Numbered from the stretch's first letter, positions 28,484 through 38,408 are shown. The stretch: 64,000 bases of DNA from an uncultured Spirochaetaceae bacterium (GCA_964654185.1 CAZZIE010000006.1:2556-66555), one strand, 5' to 3'. Notes: a model not told the origin generated them from the letters alone. Numbers and translations are program-made.

Positions 28484-31449
28484 TCCCCGTCGTCCGCCTT
28501 CAGCGGCTCCTCCATGATCCGCCCGGTATCGCGATCGAAGTAGATCCGGACCGACTTCTGCGGCTCGCTGTACTCCCTGGTGCGCCCGTGGCTTTCCACG
28601 ACGACGCCGGGAAAAAGCGTTCCCTTGACCAGGATCTCCGAAGGGAAGTGTTCCTCGAACTTCTCCCGCAGATTGAAGAGGCGCAAGCTCCGCTGCTCCA
28701 TGATCTTGAGAAGCTTTTTCTTCTCCCTGCGCAGGCCCTCCACTTCCTCCCTGGGGCTGTTGTCCGACACCTTCTGAAGGGAGAGGTCGATGGTGGTTAC
28801 CCGGCGCTTCAACTTGTCGATCTCCTTCTCCTCGCGTTCGATCTGATCCGCCACAAGGTAGTCCTGACCGAAAGAGACGTGGGTATGCGCACCGCTCGAA
28901 GAGCCGAGGTTCTGCGTCTCAATGCCCTTTCGCACTCGGATATTGCCGCCGACGACGCTTCCCTTCTCGGTCTGCATGCGGAGGATCCCGTTGGTCTTCA
29001 CCGTCGTGTGAAGGCAACCGGTACGGATCACGATCTCCCCGACCGCCAGGAGCGTCGCGTGCTCGGCGAAGGCGACCCCGATGTTCTTCTTGGTGCGCAA
29101 CACCGCCTTGCCCGCGCCTTTCACGCCCTCCTTGATCATGATGTTGCCCTCCGCCGAGAGGAGACACCCTTCAACGGATTCACCGATCCGAATGTCCCCG
29201 CCGGCCATGATAACGTAGCCGGTCTGGACGGATCCGGAGACGGTGACGCTCCCGGGAAACTTGATGTTCCCGGTCTCAACACCGACTGTCCCCTTGACCG
29301 TATGCGTAGCGCGCACGGAAATGCGTCGGCGTTCGTAAATCAATTCGCCGTCGGTTTCGGCGATGAGGGTAACGATCCCGTCCTGGTCGCTCTCCTGCTT
29401 CAGGTTCTCTCCGACTTCGACATTCACCGCCTGGCCACGAGGCGGGGGAATCTCCTTCCCCGTCACGTCCGTGCCGGGCTGCGGCTGATCCTGGGGCGGT
29501 TCAATACGGGCAATCTGAGTTCCCGCCTTCACGGTGGTGATGAGATCGCGGTTCTTGTAATCGGCGGTACCGTCCTCGCGGACAGAGACTCCCTTCCCGC
29601 TGGCAAGCTTGATGAGAAACTCGAGCTTCCCGTCACTCCCTTCCTCGGGGGGTGTCCCTTCCGCAACCAGCCACCGGACAATGCCGCCTTCGTGCTGGGC
29701 GCGGATGAGCCCGTCGCGCACCTTGCCGTCGTCGACGCCATACGCGACGCCGGCCTCGTCGAGGGCATTGAAGACCGCCTCTTCGGTCAGGCGTCGTCCC
29801 GTGCCCTCACCCTCTTTCAGGGTGATCATGGCGCGCATGCGATCGGTTCCCAATTCCACCTGGATTGAACAGTCCCGGTGCGGGCGAACGCGGAGGTAGG
29901 TGACATCGTCTACCTGGGCCTCTTCCATGAGCCCCTCGCTAGCGGCAAAAACGACGCCGTCCTTGCGTTCCACATTCTCAAGGAGCTTCAGTTTCGGCTC
30001 CGCACCGGTCGGTGGCGGAATCTGCTGGCCGTAGACGTCCGTGCCGGGCTGGCCCGCCCCGGCCGGCGCTACCGTCAGGAGGCGCTGCTCCGGCTGAACC
30101 CGGGCCATCCGGGAAACATCGGTCACAGGAAGCTCTTCAATCGACTCGAGATCACCCAGGAGCTCCGGACGCTCCCGGGCCGCCCGCTTGTACGGCTCCA
30201 TCTCGCTCTCTTCGAGGAATCGAACCGCGAACTCCATCTCCCCGTCCGGTCCAGGCGTCGGAGCGGTACCTTCGGTAAGGACGTATCCGGTCAGGTCCTG
30301 TTCCGGGCCGTGGTAGAACTCGAGGATATCCTTCTTGATGCGCTCGAAGTCGAGCTTCTTGAGGCCGGCAGACTGAATTGCCTTGCCGAGCTCCTTGAGA
30401 CTCAGCGGCCGGCCCCGGCCCTTGCCCTTATGGACATTGAGGACCGCCTGGAGCCTGTCGTCGGAGACGTAGATGTCGTAGGAGGCGTCCCGGCTGTTGC
30501 TGATCGGCACCTCCTCCATGTCCTCGCCGCTGTTGATCGCATTGTTGAGGAGCGACTGGATCTCCTCGCCGCTGATGAGATTGTCCGGATCGTAACCGAG
30601 GTTGCGCGCTTCCTGAACGATCTCATCCGGGGTCGGAGGTGCCGCCGCGCTGTGACCGGCCGAGAAGGAGAGATACGCCGTCGCCTTGTCCTTCGACAGC
30701 GTCAGTGACCAGTCGTGACTTTCGTAGGGGATCACGTCTATCCAGTTCGGACCGCGTCGGACCGCCCCGGTCACCTCGGCGGTCACGACGTTCCCGCTTC
30801 GGCTTGCGCCGGTACCCACGTAGAAGTGCGGGTCCGCAAGGTTCTTCGGATAGACCACGCTCCCGTAGATGCTGCGGCCCGGTGTTCCCCGGGATTGCGG
30901 CGTGACCTCTCCGAGGCGTTGTCCCGCTTCGGCATAACCGGTCTGCTCCACCGTCGGATCCACGTAGACGCGTTCGGGAAAGGTCTCCTCTTCGACGACG
31001 GTTTGCTCTTCCGTCTTCGGGCTGCCGAAGGGGAGCTTGGACTTCTTCGTTACGGTCTTCTTCTTCTCGACCTTGCGCTTCCGCTCCACCGTGATGTTCG
31101 GGGGGCCGGCCCCCGAAAGGACCGCTTCCACCCCCTGCCGGAGCCCATCGGGGACGGGAAGGCTCTCCATGGTGAAGTGCTCGGGCGCAGGATCCTCCGG
31201 CGCCGTGCCTTCGGCGGCAACGAACTGAAAGGGATTGCGCCCCTTCCTGGCGTTCTCCTCGAAGAGCCGGGCGATCTCCGCCTCGTCGTACCCCTCCTTG
31301 ACGCCGCGCTGGACGAGTTGCTCGACAAGGCGTGACGGTGTCCATTCCTCGGAGCCGGCGGAGCGATCAATCGAAACCGATGCTTTCAGGCCGCGCTCGT
31401 CGATGGATAGATTCAGAGAGCCTTGAATGACCGTCTCTTCCTTCGCCAT
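28480..31449 (-). CDS. Giant FapA/DUF342-family protein with a reiterated N-terminal module
   Basis: C-terminal beta-helix-like region (IMAGGDIRIGESVEG..GNIMIKEGV..) plus a terminal coiled coil, as in FapA. Four copies of an N-module (D-x-M/L-x-A-x-L..L..G..) are visible. ATG at 31449 (the track start at 31455 is TTG). Confidence 0.8.
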   Translation of the reverse strand: MAKEETVIQGSLNLSIDERGLKASVSIDRSAGSEEWTPSRLVEQLVQRGVKEGYDEAEIARLFEENARKGRNPFQFVAAEGTAPEDPAPEHFTMESLPVPDGLRQGVEAVLSGAGPPNITVERKRKVEKKKTVTKKSKLPFGSPKTEEQTVVEEETFPERVYVDPTVEQTGYAEAGQRLGEVTPQSRGTPGRSIYGSVVYPKNLADPHFYVGTGASRSGNVVTAEVTGAVRRGPNWIDVIPYESHDWSLTLSKDKATAYLSFSAGHSAAAPPTPDEIVQEARNLGYDPDNLISGEEIQSLLNNAINSGEDMEEVPISNSRDASYDIYVSDDRLQAVLNVHKGKGRGRPLSLKELGKAIQSAGLKKLDFERIKKDILEFYHGPEQDLTGYVLTEGTAPTPGPDGEMEFAVRFLEESEMEPYKRAARERPELLGDLESIEELPVTDVSRMARVQPEQRLLTVAPAGAGQPGTDVYGQQIPPPTGAEPKLKLLENVERKDGVVFAASEGLMEEAQVDDVTYLRVRPHRDCSIQVELGTDRMRAMITLKEGEGTGRRLTEEAVFNALDEAGVAYGVDDGKVRDGLIRAQHEGGIVRWLVAEGTPPEEGSDGKLEFLIKLASGKGVSVREDGTADYKNRDLITTVKAGTQIARIEPPQDQPQPGTDVTGKEIPPPRGQAVNVEVGENLKQESDQDGIVTLIAETDGELIYERRRISVRATHTVKGTVGVETGNIKFPGSVTVSGSVQTGYVIMAGGDIRIGESVEGCLLSAEGNIMIKEGVKGAGKAVLRTKKNIGVAFAEHATLLAVGEIVIRTGCLHTTVKTNGILRMQTEKGSVVGGNIRVRKGIETQNLGSSSGAHTHVSFGQDYLVADQIEREEKEIDKLKRRVTTIDLSLQKVSDNSPREEVEGLRREKKKLLKIMEQRSLRLFNLREKFEEHFPSEILVKGTLFPGVVVESHGRTREYSEPQKSVRIYFDRDTGRIMEEPLKADDGE

Positions 31450-31493
31450 GTGCAACTAACCAGGATCGGCGCGTCCGCTGCGACGCCCCGTTG

Positions 31494-32636
31494 TCACGCC
31501 TTGTATCCCGCCTCGATCGCGCTGACCAGCTTGGACTTGTAGAGGGCGTTTTCCTTTTTGAGCTGGTTTATCTCGTACTGCTGATGCTTGATCGTCTCCA
31601 CCAGATCACCCGTCGTCAAGGCACCCGTGTGGAGGAGATCCTCAATGTAGTCCATCTTGTTCTCGAAGTCCGCCGAGGCTTCGACTTCCGCCTCCTCGTA
31701 GGTGGCGTCCACCTGCTCCCACATGAGCGGCTCGGCGTCGTCATCTCGAATCTGGCTCAGCTTGTCGGCAATCCGGTGAACCGCCTGTGCAAGGACCGAA
31801 CCGGGCTTGTACCGCACAATGGGCAGGCCGGACCCAAGGGCCACGTCCTGCAGCTCATCCCGGTACATGACCCCGAGGTGTTCCAGATCGATATCGAGAT
31901 ACTGCTGACACGATCGGCGAAGGCGCAACGCCTTGTCGGCGTCCTTCGGATCGTCGAGCATGTTCATGACCAGTCGCGGCTGGAAGCGGCGCAGCGCCTC
32001 CCGGGCGGCGCCGTGTCCCTCCGGATCGATCGACTTCAGGTGCGAGAGGAGTTGCGGGATGTAGATCCGCTTCGAGCCCTCCTGACGCTTCTTCAATGAC
32101 TGCAGGTACTTGTCCCCCGGACCCTTCCTTGGGAGCGATGTCTGGATCAACCGGAAGGACGCGTTCTTCAGAAAGAGATAGGCGTTCACCATGGAGGTCG
32201 CGTTCGGCGCGGTGATGACGACGCCGCGCGGCGCGACGAGAAAGAAGTCGAGGATATTGTAGCTCGTCCCGGCCCCGAGATCGAGCACCAGGAAGTCCGC
32301 CTCCATCTTGCCCAGACGGGAGAGAAGCATCTTCTTCTGCGATGCGGCAATGTTAGCCAGCCCGGGAATCTCCGCATCGCCGGCAATGAAGGATACGCCC
32401 TGAAAGTCGGTGTCGAGGACGAGGTCGCCGAAGTCGATGGAAGAGTCGGTCAGGAAGGTGCCGATGCCGACCGGCGGATTGCGGATACCCAGAATGAGGT
32501 GAAGGTTCGATCCGCCGAGATCCAGGTCCGCCAGTACGACGCGGGCACCGGCCTCCCCGAGCGCTACGGCAAGGTTTGCCGCCAGGAGAGACTTTCCGAC
32601 GCCGCCTTTGCCACTGGCAATCGGTATGACATGCAT
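31494..32636 (-). CDS. MinD/ParA/FlhG-like P-loop ATPase with a ~110-aa C-terminal coiled-coil extension
   Basis: Deviant Walker A SGKGGVGKS, then DLDLGGSN and VLDLGAG. Its ATG overlaps the upstream stop (TGATG). Confidence 0.88.
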   Translation of the reverse strand: MHVIPIASGKGGVGKSLLAANLAVALGEAGARVVLADLDLGGSNLHLILGIRNPPVGIGTFLTDSSIDFGDLVLDTDFQGVSFIAGDAEIPGLANIAASQKKMLLSRLGKMEADFLVLDLGAGTSYNILDFFLVAPRGVVITAPNATSMVNAYLFLKNASFRLIQTSLPRKGPGDKYLQSLKKRQEGSKRIYIPQLLSHLKSIDPEGHGAAREALRRFQPRLVMNMLDDPKDADKALRLRRSCQQYLDIDLEHLGVMYRDELQDVALGSGLPIVRYKPGSVLAQAVHRIADKLSQIRDDDAEPLMWEQVDATYEEAEVEASADFENKMDYIEDLLHTGALTTGDLVETIKHQQYEINQLKKENALYKSKLVSAIEAGYKA

Positions 32637-33220
32637 CAACCGCGCTCCTCTGAATCACTGCGGATCTCATCCGTCGGCACCCGCTCGGGTTCGACGTTCG
32701 CGAGGGCCTCGTCGTCGGAGGCGCCGCGTTGCGGTGTTTCCTCGAGGGAACCGCTTCTGAATGATAGCAGGACGATGAGGAGAATCAAGTCGACCGCCGC
32801 AACGACATAGGGCGCGACCGTGACGAAGAATGCCTGAAAGCCGGTGGCAACCAGGCCGCTCCCCCGCAGGGCGACAAGAAGAAGCACCAGCGAGGCCACC
32901 TCGAGGAACTTGCCGAGGCGCAGTGCGTTGAGGAGCGGGGCTTTCTTTGCGGGGAGGGCGCCGATGAAGAGGAACCCCGCGGCGAGGATCAACTGCGGGC
33001 TACCGATCCAGGCCACCGTCGTCGCCTTCAGCATGCTCGTATTGACAGCGAGTACCAGTGTTGCGATGTTGAAGGCTGCTATGAAGCGCGCAACCTCCCA
33101 GAGGGCTGCGAGGAAGAACAGGATCCTATGACGTGCCACGTATGGCGGAGTGTACGACCCCGGTTTGGCACCGTCAATAGAGAGTCCCCCGCCCCTCGAT
33201 GGGCGCTCGCAACGGCTCAT
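32636..33220 (-). CDS. Small polytopic (~4 TM) membrane protein, function unknown
   Basis: Four hydrophobic segments and an acidic tail, stop-start coupled to the MinD-like gene. The start is uncertain: ATG 33220 or GTG 33139. The track start at 33292 sits 2 nt from the divergent ctpA start. Confidence 0.55.
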   Translation of the reverse strand: MSRCERPSRGGGLSIDGAKPGSYTPPYVARHRILFFLAALWEVARFIAAFNIATLVLAVNTSMLKATTVAWIGSPQLILAAGFLFIGALPAKKAPLLNALRLGKFLEVASLVLLLVALRGSGLVATGFQAFFVTVAPYVVAAVDLILLIVLLSFRSGSLEETPQRGASDDEALANVEPERVPTDEIRSDSEERG

Positions 33221-33294
33221 GGCTGGCGGTCTCAATAGAAAGTGCCCCTCCCGGGTGTGTATACTCTGAATACGAGACTGTCCGGAGCACATAG

Positions 33295-34749
33295 ATGAAA
33301 CGACTTTTTCAGACCCTCGCCGGAAAGGAACGCCTTCTCTGGCTCAGCGTAACGGCGGGCCTCTTCGTTGTCCTCCTGGTAACCCTGGTACCCGTCACTG
33401 TTGCGGCGCAGTCCCAGACGAGCGAGGATGAGCGGCTCCTCAACATGTTCGAGCGGGTCTACGACTTCGTCCGCCGGAACTACGTCGAAGATGTGGACCC
33501 CGAAGTCCTGATCGAGGGAGCCCTGGATGGGATGTTCCAGAGCCTGGACGATCCCCACTCCGCGTACCTCACCGCTGAGGAGATGCGAGACCTCCGGGAC
33601 ACCACACGGGGACAGTTCGGCGGTGTCGGCATGTACATTGCCAAGCAGGGAGAAGACGAGAGTGAAGATGAGAACGGCGAGGATGGCGGCTTCGTAGAGG
33701 TCGTTGCGCCCATCGAGGACACGCCGGCATTTCGGTCCGGCATCATGGCGGGTGACCTCATCGTGGAGATCGAAGGAGAATCGACCAGACCGCTGGACAT
33801 TGACCAGGTGGTAAACCGGCTGCGCGGAGAGCCGGGAACAACCGTGGAAGTGCTGATCCGCCGCGGATCCTCCCACACGCTGACTGTCGAGCTCACTCGC
33901 GCCATCATTGAGGTTCCCACGGTCAAGCACGCCATGATCGACGACGACATCGCCTTTCTCCGCATTATTCAGTTCACGCCCTATACCAATCAGCGCGTCG
34001 AGGAGTCGCTCCGGGAGTTCCAGGAGCAGGGATACGAGTCACTCATCATTGACCTGAGGCAGAATCCCGGCGGGCTCCTCTCGGGTGTCGTCGATACCGC
34101 GGATCTCTTCTTTGAAGACGGTACGATCGTCGGAACCCGGGGCCGCAAGGCGAGCGAGAACGAGGTCTTCCAGGCGGATCCCGGCACGAGTGTGCCGGAG
34201 GACATTCCCATTGTCGTGCTCATTGATGAGGGGTCGGCCTCCGCTGCGGAGATCATGGCCGGGGCGCTGAAGGATCGCGACCGCGCCTACCTGCTCGGAG
34301 AAACAACCTACGGCAAGGGGTCGGTTCAGGAAGTCCACGTGGTCGGTACCGGCGGCTTCCGCCTGACCATGTCGAAGTACTACACTCCCGACGGTACCTA
34401 CATCGAGGACAACGGCATTGAGCCGGATGAAGTTGTGAAGCCCCCGGAGCTCAGCGACGCCGAGGTGGAATCCCTGACACGGATAGCCGACGAGCAACTC
34501 GTTGCATCCTTTGTGGACGAGCACCCGGAACCGTCGGAGTCCGAGATCCGGAGCTTCATTGGCGATCTCCGGGCCAAGGACATTGAGCTGAGCGAGCGGC
34601 GCATCCGGAAGATGGTGCGCGACGAGGTCAACCGCCGCAACAACGTCTCTCCGGCGTACGACCTCGAGTTCGACGTGGTACTCCAGGAAGCGGTCCGCCT
34701 TCTCCGGGAGAACCAGATTTCCGCAAAGGGCACCATGACCGGGAACTGA
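33295..34749 (+). CDS. ctpA: S41 C-terminal processing peptidase (PDZ-containing)
   Basis: Signal/TM N-terminus and a PDZ region (GDLIVEIEG). The S41 core has IDLRQNPGG and GSASAAEI..LGETTYGKGSVQ. Confidence 0.9.
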   Translation: MKRLFQTLAGKERLLWLSVTAGLFVVLLVTLVPVTVAAQSQTSEDERLLNMFERVYDFVRRNYVEDVDPEVLIEGALDGMFQSLDDPHSAYLTAEEMRDLRDTTRGQFGGVGMYIAKQGEDESEDENGEDGGFVEVVAPIEDTPAFRSGIMAGDLIVEIEGESTRPLDIDQVVNRLRGEPGTTVEVLIRRGSSHTLTVELTRAIIEVPTVKHAMIDDDIAFLRIIQFTPYTNQRVEESLREFQEQGYESLIIDLRQNPGGLLSGVVDTADLFFEDGTIVGTRGRKASENEVFQADPGTSVPEDIPIVVLIDEGSASAAEIMAGALKDRDRAYLLGETTYGKGSVQEVHVVGTGGFRLTMSKYYTPDGTYIEDNGIEPDEVVKPPELSDAEVESLTRIADEQLVASFVDEHPEPSESEIRSFIGDLRAKDIELSERRIRKMVRDEVNRRNNVSPAYDLEFDVVLQEAVRLLRENQISAKGTMTGN

Positions 34750-34766
34750 TCCCGGCGCGCCGGCGT

Positions 34767-35549
34767 ATGAAGCAGTTCATTCTTCCGTCGGAGCATGTCG
34801 AGGGCGACACGGTCGATCTCACGGGAGAGGACTTCCACTACCTGGCCCGCGTTCGCCGACACCAGCCGGGAGAGGTGATCCCCGCACGAACACCGGGAGG
34901 CCGCGCCTTCGATCTCCGGATCGATGACATTGGGCGTGACCGGCTCCGGGGCACCCTTCTCCCGGTCACCACCGCCACCGCCGACGCCGCGGGAACCGGC
35001 CCGGGCGCCAGGCCGCAGATTCCGCCGATCACCCTCTATCAGGGACTACCCAAAGGCAAGAAGCTCGACACGGTGGTGCGCCAGGCCACCGAGGCGGGGG
35101 TTCAGGCGATCGTCCCGGTACGAACCAGTCACTCCGTGGTGGATTGGGAGGGAGCCCGCGGCGCAAAGAAGCTCGATCGCCTCGAGCGCATCGCCCGGGA
35201 AGCGGCCCAACAGTCGGGAAGCGTTGCTCCGCCGCGCATTGCGGAAATCATCGACCTGAATGACATTGAGCCGGTGTCCCCGGAAGCAGGAGAGGTGGGC
35301 CTGGTCTTTCACGAGAAGCCACTTGCGGCGCAGGCCCTTCACGAATATCTTAGGACAGCTCCACACCACCTCTACCTCGCCGTCGGACCGGAGGGCGGCT
35401 TTTCGGGAGACGAGATCACGAAGCTGACAGACGCCAAGAACTTCAGCGTTGCCCGACTCGGCGCAACGGTGTTGCGAACCGAGACGGCGGCGCTCTATGC
35501 TGTTGCCGCCGTCCAGACCATTCTGCGGGAGCGAGAACAGTGGGCGTAG
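34767..35549 (+). CDS. rsmE: 16S rRNA m3U1498 methyltransferase RsmE
   Basis: Family-typical N-terminus (DFHYLARVRR), a LYQGLPKG block and C-terminal GPEGGFS..LGATVLRTETA. Confidence 0.88.
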   Translation: MKQFILPSEHVEGDTVDLTGEDFHYLARVRRHQPGEVIPARTPGGRAFDLRIDDIGRDRLRGTLLPVTTATADAAGTGPGARPQIPPITLYQGLPKGKKLDTVVRQATEAGVQAIVPVRTSHSVVDWEGARGAKKLDRLERIAREAAQQSGSVAPPRIAEIIDLNDIEPVSPEAGEVGLVFHEKPLAAQALHEYLRTAPHHLYLAVGPEGGFSGDEITKLTDAKNFSVARLGATVLRTETAALYAVAAVQTILREREQWA

Positions 35550-35563
35550 CGACAACTCCTACC

Positions 35564-36292
35564 ATGCGAACCCAGATCCTTCGCATTCCCATCGACGCCT
35601 TCAAGCAGGAGGACCTGCCGCAGATCGTCGAGGAGCTGCGAGAGCAGGAGGGGCGCCACCACGTCGTGCTCCTGACCACGGAAGCGCTCATGCGCGCCCG
35701 GCGGAACAAGATCTACCGCAAGACGCTGAAGGAAGCCTCCCTTATTGTGCCGGTGTCCCTGGGCTTGCAGCGCGCGGCCGCATTCCTGGATAAGCCGCGC
35801 GTCGAGGCGCAATTGACCTTCCGGTTCGTGATTCGTCTGCTCGGACTGCTGGAGGAGCGGAACGCCAGCTACTATCTGCTGGGGTTGAAGCGGAAGCACC
35901 TGTTGCGGGTTGAAGAGAACCTTCGGCTCACCTTCCCCGGACTCCGCCTGGTCGGGCGCCATCCCGGATACTACTCGCAGGATCGGGAGAGTGACATCGT
36001 CACGGCTATCCGCAAGGCGGCCCCCAATCTCGTGCTGATCGGCAGCGGCATCAGAGGCGGCGACGAGTGGGTTCGCACCCACAAGCGCTCCTTTGCGCCG
36101 GGCATCTACCTCTGCGTGCCCGAGGTCCTGGAGGTCTTCGCCGACATCAGGCGCAAGCCCCCGGCGACGCGGGCCGGCCGCATCATGCGGCGCATCGGCG
36201 GCCTCTTCTCCCACCCCTGGCGCTTCACCAAAGCCTTCCTCTACCTGTGGTTCGGCATCCTCCTGGTGGGATTCCGACTGTTCGACCGGTAG
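35564..36292 (+). CDS. WecG/TagA/CpsF family glycosyltransferase
   Basis: Size and pattern fit (ILRIPIDAF..ASYYLLG..FPGLRLVG). ATG at 35564; the track GTG at 35540 overlaps rsmE. Confidence 0.75.
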   Translation: MRTQILRIPIDAFKQEDLPQIVEELREQEGRHHVVLLTTEALMRARRNKIYRKTLKEASLIVPVSLGLQRAAAFLDKPRVEAQLTFRFVIRLLGLLEERNASYYLLGLKRKHLLRVEENLRLTFPGLRLVGRHPGYYSQDRESDIVTAIRKAAPNLVLIGSGIRGGDEWVRTHKRSFAPGIYLCVPEVLEVFADIRRKPPATRAGRIMRRIGGLFSHPWRFTKAFLYLWFGILLVGFRLFDR

Positions 36293-36335
36293 GGGCCGAC
36301 TCGGCGGGCGGCGGGGTTGCTCGCTGCGCCCGCGA

Positions 36336-36404
36336 TCGCCCGCCCCGCAGTGCGGCTCTTCGCCCCGCAGCGCGGTCGCCCGCCCCGCCCGGCGGCTCTT
36401 CGCC
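36336..36404. repeat. 29-bp direct repeat x2 (40-bp period) in a GC-rich convergent gap
   Basis: tcgcccgccccgcagtgcggctcttcgcc versus tcgcccgccccgcccggcggctcttcgcc. Confidence 0.75.
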
Positions 36405-36413
36405 CTACTCCCC

Positions 36414-36866
36414 CTACTCCGCCTCTTCCAGCTTGACGTGCTCGTAGATCTGCCAGAGCTGGGTGTCCAGGGGTCTGATGAGCAGCAGCCCCAGAGCGAC
36501 GCGGATCGGGGGGAGGTACATGAAGACACCGATGATGTCGGTCACCAGGCCGGGGAGGATGATCAGCCCGGCCGCAATGAAGAGACTCGCCAGCCGGGCG
36601 AAGTCGTGGCGCGGGAAGATCCCGGCGCGGATGGAGCCGCGCGCCGCGGCAAGGGTCGAGAGAATCGAGTTGACCAGGAAGAAGAGCCCCACGAGCCCGG
36701 TGGATGAAACCACGGCGAGCGCCAGATAGCGCCCGATTGCTCCGCTGAGCCGGATGAGGGCGTATCCATCTGCGACGATCAGGAGTGAGCCGAGCAGCAT
36801 AAGAAGGAGCAATCGGATAACAAACGCTCGATCCACGAGCGAAAGGAGTCGCAGCCGCGTCGCCAT
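36414..36866 (-). CDS. fxsA: FxsA family membrane protein
   Basis: 150-aa hydrophobic protein with LPGLVTDIIG..LLIRP. ATG at 36866; the upstream 108 codons of the track ORF look non-coding. Confidence 0.75.
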   Translation of the reverse strand: MATRLRLLSLVDRAFVIRLLLLMLLGSLLIVADGYALIRLSGAIGRYLALAVVSSTGLVGLFFLVNSILSTLAAARGSIRAGIFPRHDFARLASLFIAAGLIILPGLVTDIIGVFMYLPPIRVALGLLLIRPLDTQLWQIYEHVKLEEAE

Positions 36867-37052
36867 TGGCTCCGCATTATAGCGGCTCCCCGGGCCTTCA
36901 CCAATTCCCCGGGAGCGCACCGGGACAGTTCGAGCCCCCGCCCGCACACCCAGCCGGCCCGGAAAGGCCTCCCACCAATGGATTCCGCTGCTTCGCATAA
37001 GTTTCTTGTTGCAGATTTCAGGATCTCGGTGTATCTCTGATATTCGACACTT

Positions 37053-38204
37053 ATGATCAGGATAGTGCTGGTAGACCAGGACCGAGAGGTCCATGACACG
37101 CTGCGGCGGCTGCTGCCACAGACCTGCACCCTGCTGTCCTACTTCCGCGGCGTCCTGGCGGGCGACTTCATACGGCAGCACCAGCCGCATGCAGTAATCA
37201 TCGGCCTCGATATCTCAGATGTATCGGTAGACGAGTTGATCACGAACATCGTCGGGTTGCGCCGGGCACCGCCGGTGAGCGTGATCGGTCACCGATCACA
37301 GGCGGCCGAGCTGGTGGCGGCAATGCGCGCCGGCGCCAGAGATTGCCTCTTTCGCCCCTTCGGCCGCCGGGAGGTGGAGGTCACCGTTGCCCGGCTTCTC
37401 CACGCCGTTGGCGGCGCCGCACTGGGCGGCTCCGAGAACGGAGACGGCGAGGACCACACCGGCGACGCCGCGGATCGGCTGTTTCACGGTCGCAGCGACG
37501 CGGTGAGGTCGGTGCGCGACTTCGTGCGCCGGGTGGCTCACGCGGACATCCCCGTCCTGTTGCTGGGCGAAAGCGGCTCCGGCAAAGAGGTCGCCGCGCG
37601 GGCCATCCACGAGCTTTCGAACCGCTCGGAGTCGCCTTTCATTGCCGCCAACTGCGGGGCGATCCCGGAACCCCTCTTCGAAAGCGAAATGTTCGGCGCC
37701 GAGAAGGGCGCCTTCACGGATGCGGTGGCACGGCCGGGGCATCTGGAACGGGCGGCCCAGGGAACCGTGTTTCTCGACGAGGTGGGAGAGATGTCGGCGT
37801 TCAACCAGGCAAAGATCCTCCGCGTCATCGAGGATCGGCGCGTCCGGCGAGTGGGCGGGAGCCGGGAGCTCCTGCTCTCGTTTCGTCTGATTGCCGCCTC
37901 GAATCGCGACCTGCCGGCGGAGGTGCGGGCCAAGCGGTTCCGCCGCGACCTCTACTACCGCCTGAGCGTGCTCACCTTCCGGATGCCCGGTCTCACTGAG
38001 CGGCTCGAGGACATACCGGACCTGGTGGAAGCCTTTCTGAGGGATGCCGAAATGGAGGATGTTGCCCTGACGGACAACGCCTATGACCGGCTGGCTCTGC
38101 ACACGTGGCCGGGGAATATTCGAGAACTGCGGAACGTGATCCTCCGCGCCGCCATCATGAAGCGGGGCGCCGGAATCACGGCGGACGATATCTCCTTCGT
38201 GTGA
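37053..38204 (+). CDS. Receiver-AAA+ sigma54-type enhancer-binding protein lacking a C-terminal HTH
   Basis: GESGSGKE, FLDEVGEM, RLIAASN, FRRDLYYRL and WPGNIRELRN motifs. The GAFTGA loop reads GAFTDA (37707-37724). The protein ends ~20 aa after the AAA+ lid. Confidence 0.88.
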   Translation: MIRIVLVDQDREVHDTLRRLLPQTCTLLSYFRGVLAGDFIRQHQPHAVIIGLDISDVSVDELITNIVGLRRAPPVSVIGHRSQAAELVAAMRAGARDCLFRPFGRREVEVTVARLLHAVGGAALGGSENGDGEDHTGDAADRLFHGRSDAVRSVRDFVRRVAHADIPVLLLGESGSGKEVAARAIHELSNRSESPFIAANCGAIPEPLFESEMFGAEKGAFTDAVARPGHLERAAQGTVFLDEVGEMSAFNQAKILRVIEDRRVRRVGGSRELLLSFRLIAASNRDLPAEVRAKRFRRDLYYRLSVLTFRMPGLTERLEDIPDLVEAFLRDAEMEDVALTDNAYDRLALHTWPGNIRELRNVILRAAIMKRGAGITADDISFV

Positions 38205-38248
38205 AGCGGGTGGCGGGGACGGGAGACCGGGTGGTGGCGGATCTGCGC

Positions 38249-38268
38249 CGGCCGCAGTGCTGCGGCCG
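38249..38268. other. Perfect GC palindrome (cggccgcag-tg-ctgcggccg) in a convergent gap
   Basis: Read directly from the sequence. There is no U-tract, so a terminator role is unproven. Confidence 0.3.
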
Positions 38269-38408
38269 ACCGGCCGGCGGCGGTTGGCTGCGCCCGGGCC
38301 GCACGGGCGCGCGGGCGCGCGGACGAGAAATCCCGGCGCGGGCCGAACGCCCGGGGGCGGCCGGGGCGCCGGCGGCGCGAACGCCCGTGGGCGATGCGCC
38401 GGATCGGC

